Assembly: GCF_000195855.1 (NCBI RefSeq)
Contig: NC_002677.1
Coordinates: 570,001-602,000, forward strand
Length of the DNA: 32,000 bases
From: Mycobacterium leprae TN
Lineage (GTDB): Bacteria > Actinomycetota > Actinomycetes > Mycobacteriales > Mycobacteriaceae
Reading direction: 5' to 3'
A model generated the notes under the pieces. The model ran no database searches. It was given only the letters and a program-made list of their open reading frames with translations, and was not told the DNA's origin. Each line of letters opens with the position of its first letter. The first letter of the stretch is position 1. Position numbers and translations under genes: made by a program. Shown in pieces: positions 28,917 to 32,000 of this stretch.

Positions 28917-29079
28917 GTCCGGTATGCCTCCATGGTTGTTCGATTAATTGGGGCCGAGTTGCCAGCCAAGGCTAATGTGAACGCCTCGACCTGTGTCAAG
29001 TTTTTGTTTCGCGGCGTCTGTCTCGGCTGCTGAGTGGACCGCATTGTCGTCGACGGCTAAGGGATGGGAAACTGGGGGT

Positions 29080-29736
29080 GTGTTAATCACCGGATTTCCC
29101 GCCGGGATGCTGCAGTGCAACTGTTACGTGCTGGCCGACCGGGCGGGTACGGATGCCGTCATAGTGGACCCCGGCCAGCGTGCGATGGGCCCGCTGCGGC
29201 GCATCCTTGACGAGAATCGTTTGACTCCATCGGCGGTGCTGCTCACCCACGGCCACATCGATCACATGTGGTCGGCCCAGAAAGTGTCCGACACCTATGG
29301 TTGTCCGACGTACATTCATCCCGAGGACCGGTTCATGTTGACCGATCCGCTCTTCGGCTTCGGTCCGCGGGTGGCGCAGGTCGTCACGGGAGCGTTCTTT
29401 CGTGAGCCCAAGCAGGTCGTCGAGCTGGACCGGGATGGCGATAAGCTCGATTTGGGCAGTGTGACCGTCAACGTCGACCATACCCCCGGACATACCCGCG
29501 GCTCGGTGTGTTTTTGGGTCGCCGCAGATACCGACGTGGTGTTGACCGGCGACACGCTGTTCGAGCGCACCATCGGTCGCACCGATCTGTTTGGTGGCAG
29601 TGGTCGTGACCTATACCGTTCCATCGTCGAAAAATTGTTGGTACTCGACGACAAGACCGTGGTACTACCCGGGCATGGCAACTCCACCACCATCGGTGCC
29701 GAGCGTCGTTTCAATCCGTTCCTCGAGGGCCTGTAG
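29080..29736 (+). CDS. MBL-fold metallo-hydrolase (glyoxalase II-like, Rv2581c homologue)
   Basis: 'LLTHGHIDHMW' (HxHxDH), 'HTPGHTRGS', 'GDTLF', 'LPGHG'. Start set at the GTG at 29080 (VLITGFPAGM...), matching the orthologue N-terminus I recall. The track start at 28993 adds 29 aa. Confidence 0.88.
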   Translation: MLITGFPAGMLQCNCYVLADRAGTDAVIVDPGQRAMGPLRRILDENRLTPSAVLLTHGHIDHMWSAQKVSDTYGCPTYIHPEDRFMLTDPLFGFGPRVAQVVTGAFFREPKQVVELDRDGDKLDLGSVTVNVDHTPGHTRGSVCFWVAADTDVVLTGDTLFERTIGRTDLFGGSGRDLYRSIVEKLLVLDDKTVVLPGHGNSTTIGAERRFNPFLEGL

Positions 29737-29739
29737 CTT

Positions 29740-31023
29740 GTGACGGAGTCATGCACTGTGTTTTCGTTTTCTGGGCCCAAGGGGATACCGGATTATTTTC
29801 CTCCGGACTCGGCGCAATTTGTCGCGGTACGTGATGGTTTGCTCACTGCCGCCCGCAGGGCCGGTTACGGCGATATCGAGTTACCTGTTTTCGAGGACAC
29901 CGCGTTGTTCGCTCGCGGCGTTGGTGAGTCCACTGACGTGGTAGCCAAGGAGATGTATACGTTTGCTGACCGTGGTGATCGCTCGGTTACGCTGCGTCCC
30001 GAGGGCACCGCTGGGGTGGTGCGTGCGGTGATTGAACACGGTCTGGACCGTGGAGCGTTGCCGGTGAAGCTGTGCTACGCGGGCCCGTTTTTCCGATACG
30101 AGCGTCCCCAGGCCGGCCGATGTCGCCAACTGCAGCAGGTCGGCGTTGAAGCAATCGGTGTCGACGACCCGGCCCTAGACGCCGAGGTGATCACCATCGC
30201 CGACGCTGGCTTCCGCTCCCTGGGTCTGGACGGGTTCCAGTTGGAAATCACTTCGCTGGGCGATGGTACTTGTCGCCCGCAATATCGAAAACTGTTGCAG
30301 GAGTTTCTCTTGCAGCTCGACCTTGACGAAGATACCCGCCGACGCGCCGAGCTTAATCCGCTGCGGGTGCTTGATGACAAACGACCCCAGGTGCAAGCGA
30401 TGACAGCCGCAGCTCCGGTGTTGCTAGACCATTTGTCCGATGGCGCCAAGCAGCACTTCGATACGGTGCTGGCTCACCTGGACGCTCTGCGGGTGCCATA
30501 TGTCATCAACCCGCGGATGGTGCGAGGGCTGGATTACTACACAAAAACAACCTTCGAGTTCGTCCACCCCGGCTTAGGTGCGCAATCCGGCATCGGCGGC
30601 GGTGGACGTTATGATGGTCTAATGCGTCAGCTCGGCGGGCAGGACTTGTCGGGCATCGGATTCGGACTCGGGGTGGACCGGACCTTGCTGGCCCTACATG
30701 CCGAAGGCAAGACCGTGGGGGAAACCACACGCTGCGACGTATTCGGTGTGTCGCTGGGTGAAGCTGCTAAACTCAAGGTGGCGATGTTGGCCGGGCAACT
30801 GCGTGCTGCCGGCGTCCGCGTCGACCTGATCTACGGGGATCGCGGGATCAGGGGAGCGATGCGTGCGGCGGGCCGTTCCGGTGCTCGCATCGCGTTGATA
30901 GTAGATGATTGCGCCATTAAGGCCGACGGTGTCGGTGTGAGGGATCTAGCCACCGGTGAACAGATTTCGGTAGCTGTAGATTCTGTTGTCGCCGAAGTAA
31001 TTTCGAGAATAGCTCCGAGTTAG
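29740..31023 (+). CDS. hisS: Histidine--tRNA ligase
   Basis: Class II aaRS motifs: '[26 protein letters not shown]' (motif 2), 'GGGGRYDGL' (motif 3), and a C-terminal anticodon-binding domain. GTG start 3 nt after the upstream stop. Confidence 0.96.
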   Translation: MTESCTVFSFSGPKGIPDYFPPDSAQFVAVRDGLLTAARRAGYGDIELPVFEDTALFARGVGESTDVVAKEMYTFADRGDRSVTLRPEGTAGVVRAVIEHGLDRGALPVKLCYAGPFFRYERPQAGRCRQLQQVGVEAIGVDDPALDAEVITIADAGFRSLGLDGFQLEITSLGDGTCRPQYRKLLQEFLLQLDLDEDTRRRAELNPLRVLDDKRPQVQAMTAAAPVLLDHLSDGAKQHFDTVLAHLDALRVPYVINPRMVRGLDYYTKTTFEFVHPGLGAQSGIGGGGRYDGLMRQLGGQDLSGIGFGLGVDRTLLALHAEGKTVGETTRCDVFGVSLGEAAKLKVAMLAGQLRAAGVRVDLIYGDRGIRGAMRAAGRSGARIALIVDDCAIKADGVGVRDLATGEQISVAVDSVVAEVISRIAPS

Positions 31024-31037
31024 CTCGGCTGACTTCG

Positions 31038-31063
31038 TCAGACGAAATTTGTCGTTCGTCTGA
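31038..31063 (+). terminator. Putative hisS terminator hairpin
   Basis: TCAGACGAA (31038-31046), 8-nt loop, TTCGTCTGA (31055-31063), beginning 15 nt after the hisS stop. A further TTCGTC copy at 31034-31039 allows alternative pairing. No clear U-tract. Confidence 0.4.
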
Positions 31064-31151
31064 ACCAGGGGTCGGCGTTATTGACCATACGGTTATTGAC
31101 GTGATCGCAGAAGCCGGCTCGCGGGGATGCTGAGGTGTTGGGAGCGAAGAC

Positions 31152-31606
31152 ATGGCGTTTGTTATTGTGCTCCCTGAACTGGTGGCAGCCACAGCGACGG
31201 ATCTGTAGGGAATCGGCACTTCGCTGAGCGAAGTCGACGCCGCGGCTGCCGCGCAAACAACTGGAGTACTGGCGGCCGGTGATGACGAAATTCGGCGGCC
31301 ACTACGACGTTGTTTCCGGGTACGGTCTGGCCTACCGGGCGCTCAGTGATCAGGTGGAGCAATTTCATTAACAGGTTCGTGCAGGCGCTCAATGTCACTG
31401 CGACGCGTTATGTCAGTGCTAGGTCGGTAAATGCCTCGCTATTGCAGACTTTGGAGCAGGAGCTGTTGGGTTTGGTCAATGCGTCCACCGAGACGTTGCT
31501 GGGACATCCGCTGATTGGCAATGGCGGTATGAAAGGCAACGGTGGTCAATTGGCGGGCACTTCGGGGATGATGGGTGCGGTGCAGCCCTTCCGCGTGTGG
31601 ACTTGA
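31152..31606 (+). pseudogene. PE-family protein pseudogene
   Basis: The ATG at 31152 gives 'MAFVIVLPELVAATATDL*' (TAG at 31206-31208), then 'GIGTSLSEVDAAAAAQTTGVLAAGDDE'. After frameshifts it reads 'FVQALNVTATRYVSARSVNASLLQTLEQELLGLVNASTETLLGHPLIGNGG'. These match the conserved PE N-terminal domain pattern (MSFV.AAPE.LAAAATDLA.IGS...AANAAAA.PTT.VLAA.ADEVS...F..AL......Y..AEAANA..LQ). The extent downstream is uncertain. Confidence 0.65.
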
Positions 31607-32000
31607 CGAATATTGGGATTGATGTTCGCATATAAACATGTGTTGGGCTGGTCAAACTTCGTAGTCAACGGGACGTTTGTCGACGACGGGGTGCTGCTGG
31701 CGGCTGCAGCGGGTCGGTTTCGTCCATAAGCGTGCGCGTTCCGCATTTCGAGAGCCGCTACGTATTGATGCCCGGCATCATCAACACGCTCGTCGGGGTC
31801 CGGCACGCTGCTGTCAATCTTTCGCCCTACGGAACCCTGCTGGGTAGGGACCTGTCGCTCATCGCCGACGAGGTGCAACAGGTGTCGGCGTCGCTGGCGG
31901 TAGCTGATGCAGAGTTACACTGAGATGTCGAACTGGGCACATCGGATACCGCAGGAGCTTCTGGGGCTGATCAGCGCAATCCGTTACGCCGGTCTGGACT

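Overview
This window reads as Mycobacterium leprae chromosome. Three things support that. It carries a copy of the RLEP dispersed repeat: the RLEP diagnostic primer sites, as I recall them, sit exactly 129 bp apart at 8188-8316. Pseudogene density is very high. Gene order is collinear, in inverted orientation, with M. tuberculosis Rv2606c-Rv2580c.

Genes that look intact:
- pdxT
- a YebC/PmpR-family regulator
- ruvC-ruvA-ruvB, translationally coupled through GTGA and ATGA overlaps
- fadD9, a three-domain carboxylic acid reductase
- gabT
- yajC-secD-secF
- an SBP-family lipoprotein
- relA
- membrane-anchored cyclophilin ppiB
- an MBL-fold (glyoxalase-II-like) hydrolase
- hisS

Decayed genes:
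- a feoA/feoB ferrous-iron uptake operon
- a 5'-truncated tesB2 remnant
- the block speE / Rv2600-like / Rv2599-like / Rv2597-like, with speE split by RLEP; the expected Rv2598 position holds no intact ORF
- a DUF1304-like membrane protein gene
- apt
- a PE-family gene

The first ~5.3 kb is compositionally atypical. AT-rich, ORF-poor blocks flank the dead feoAB operon, and the region ends at a synteny break next to a perfect 31-bp-arm palindrome. I saw no rRNA, tRNA or CRISPR array.

I do not see convincing evidence for an intact novel multi-gene system. The most unusual items are the AT-rich island with its palindrome and orphan ORF, and the coordinated death of the speE-linked cluster of unknown function.

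The ORF track over-extends several N-termini. I re-set those starts using Shine-Dalgarno placement and remembered M. tuberculosis orthologue N-termini.
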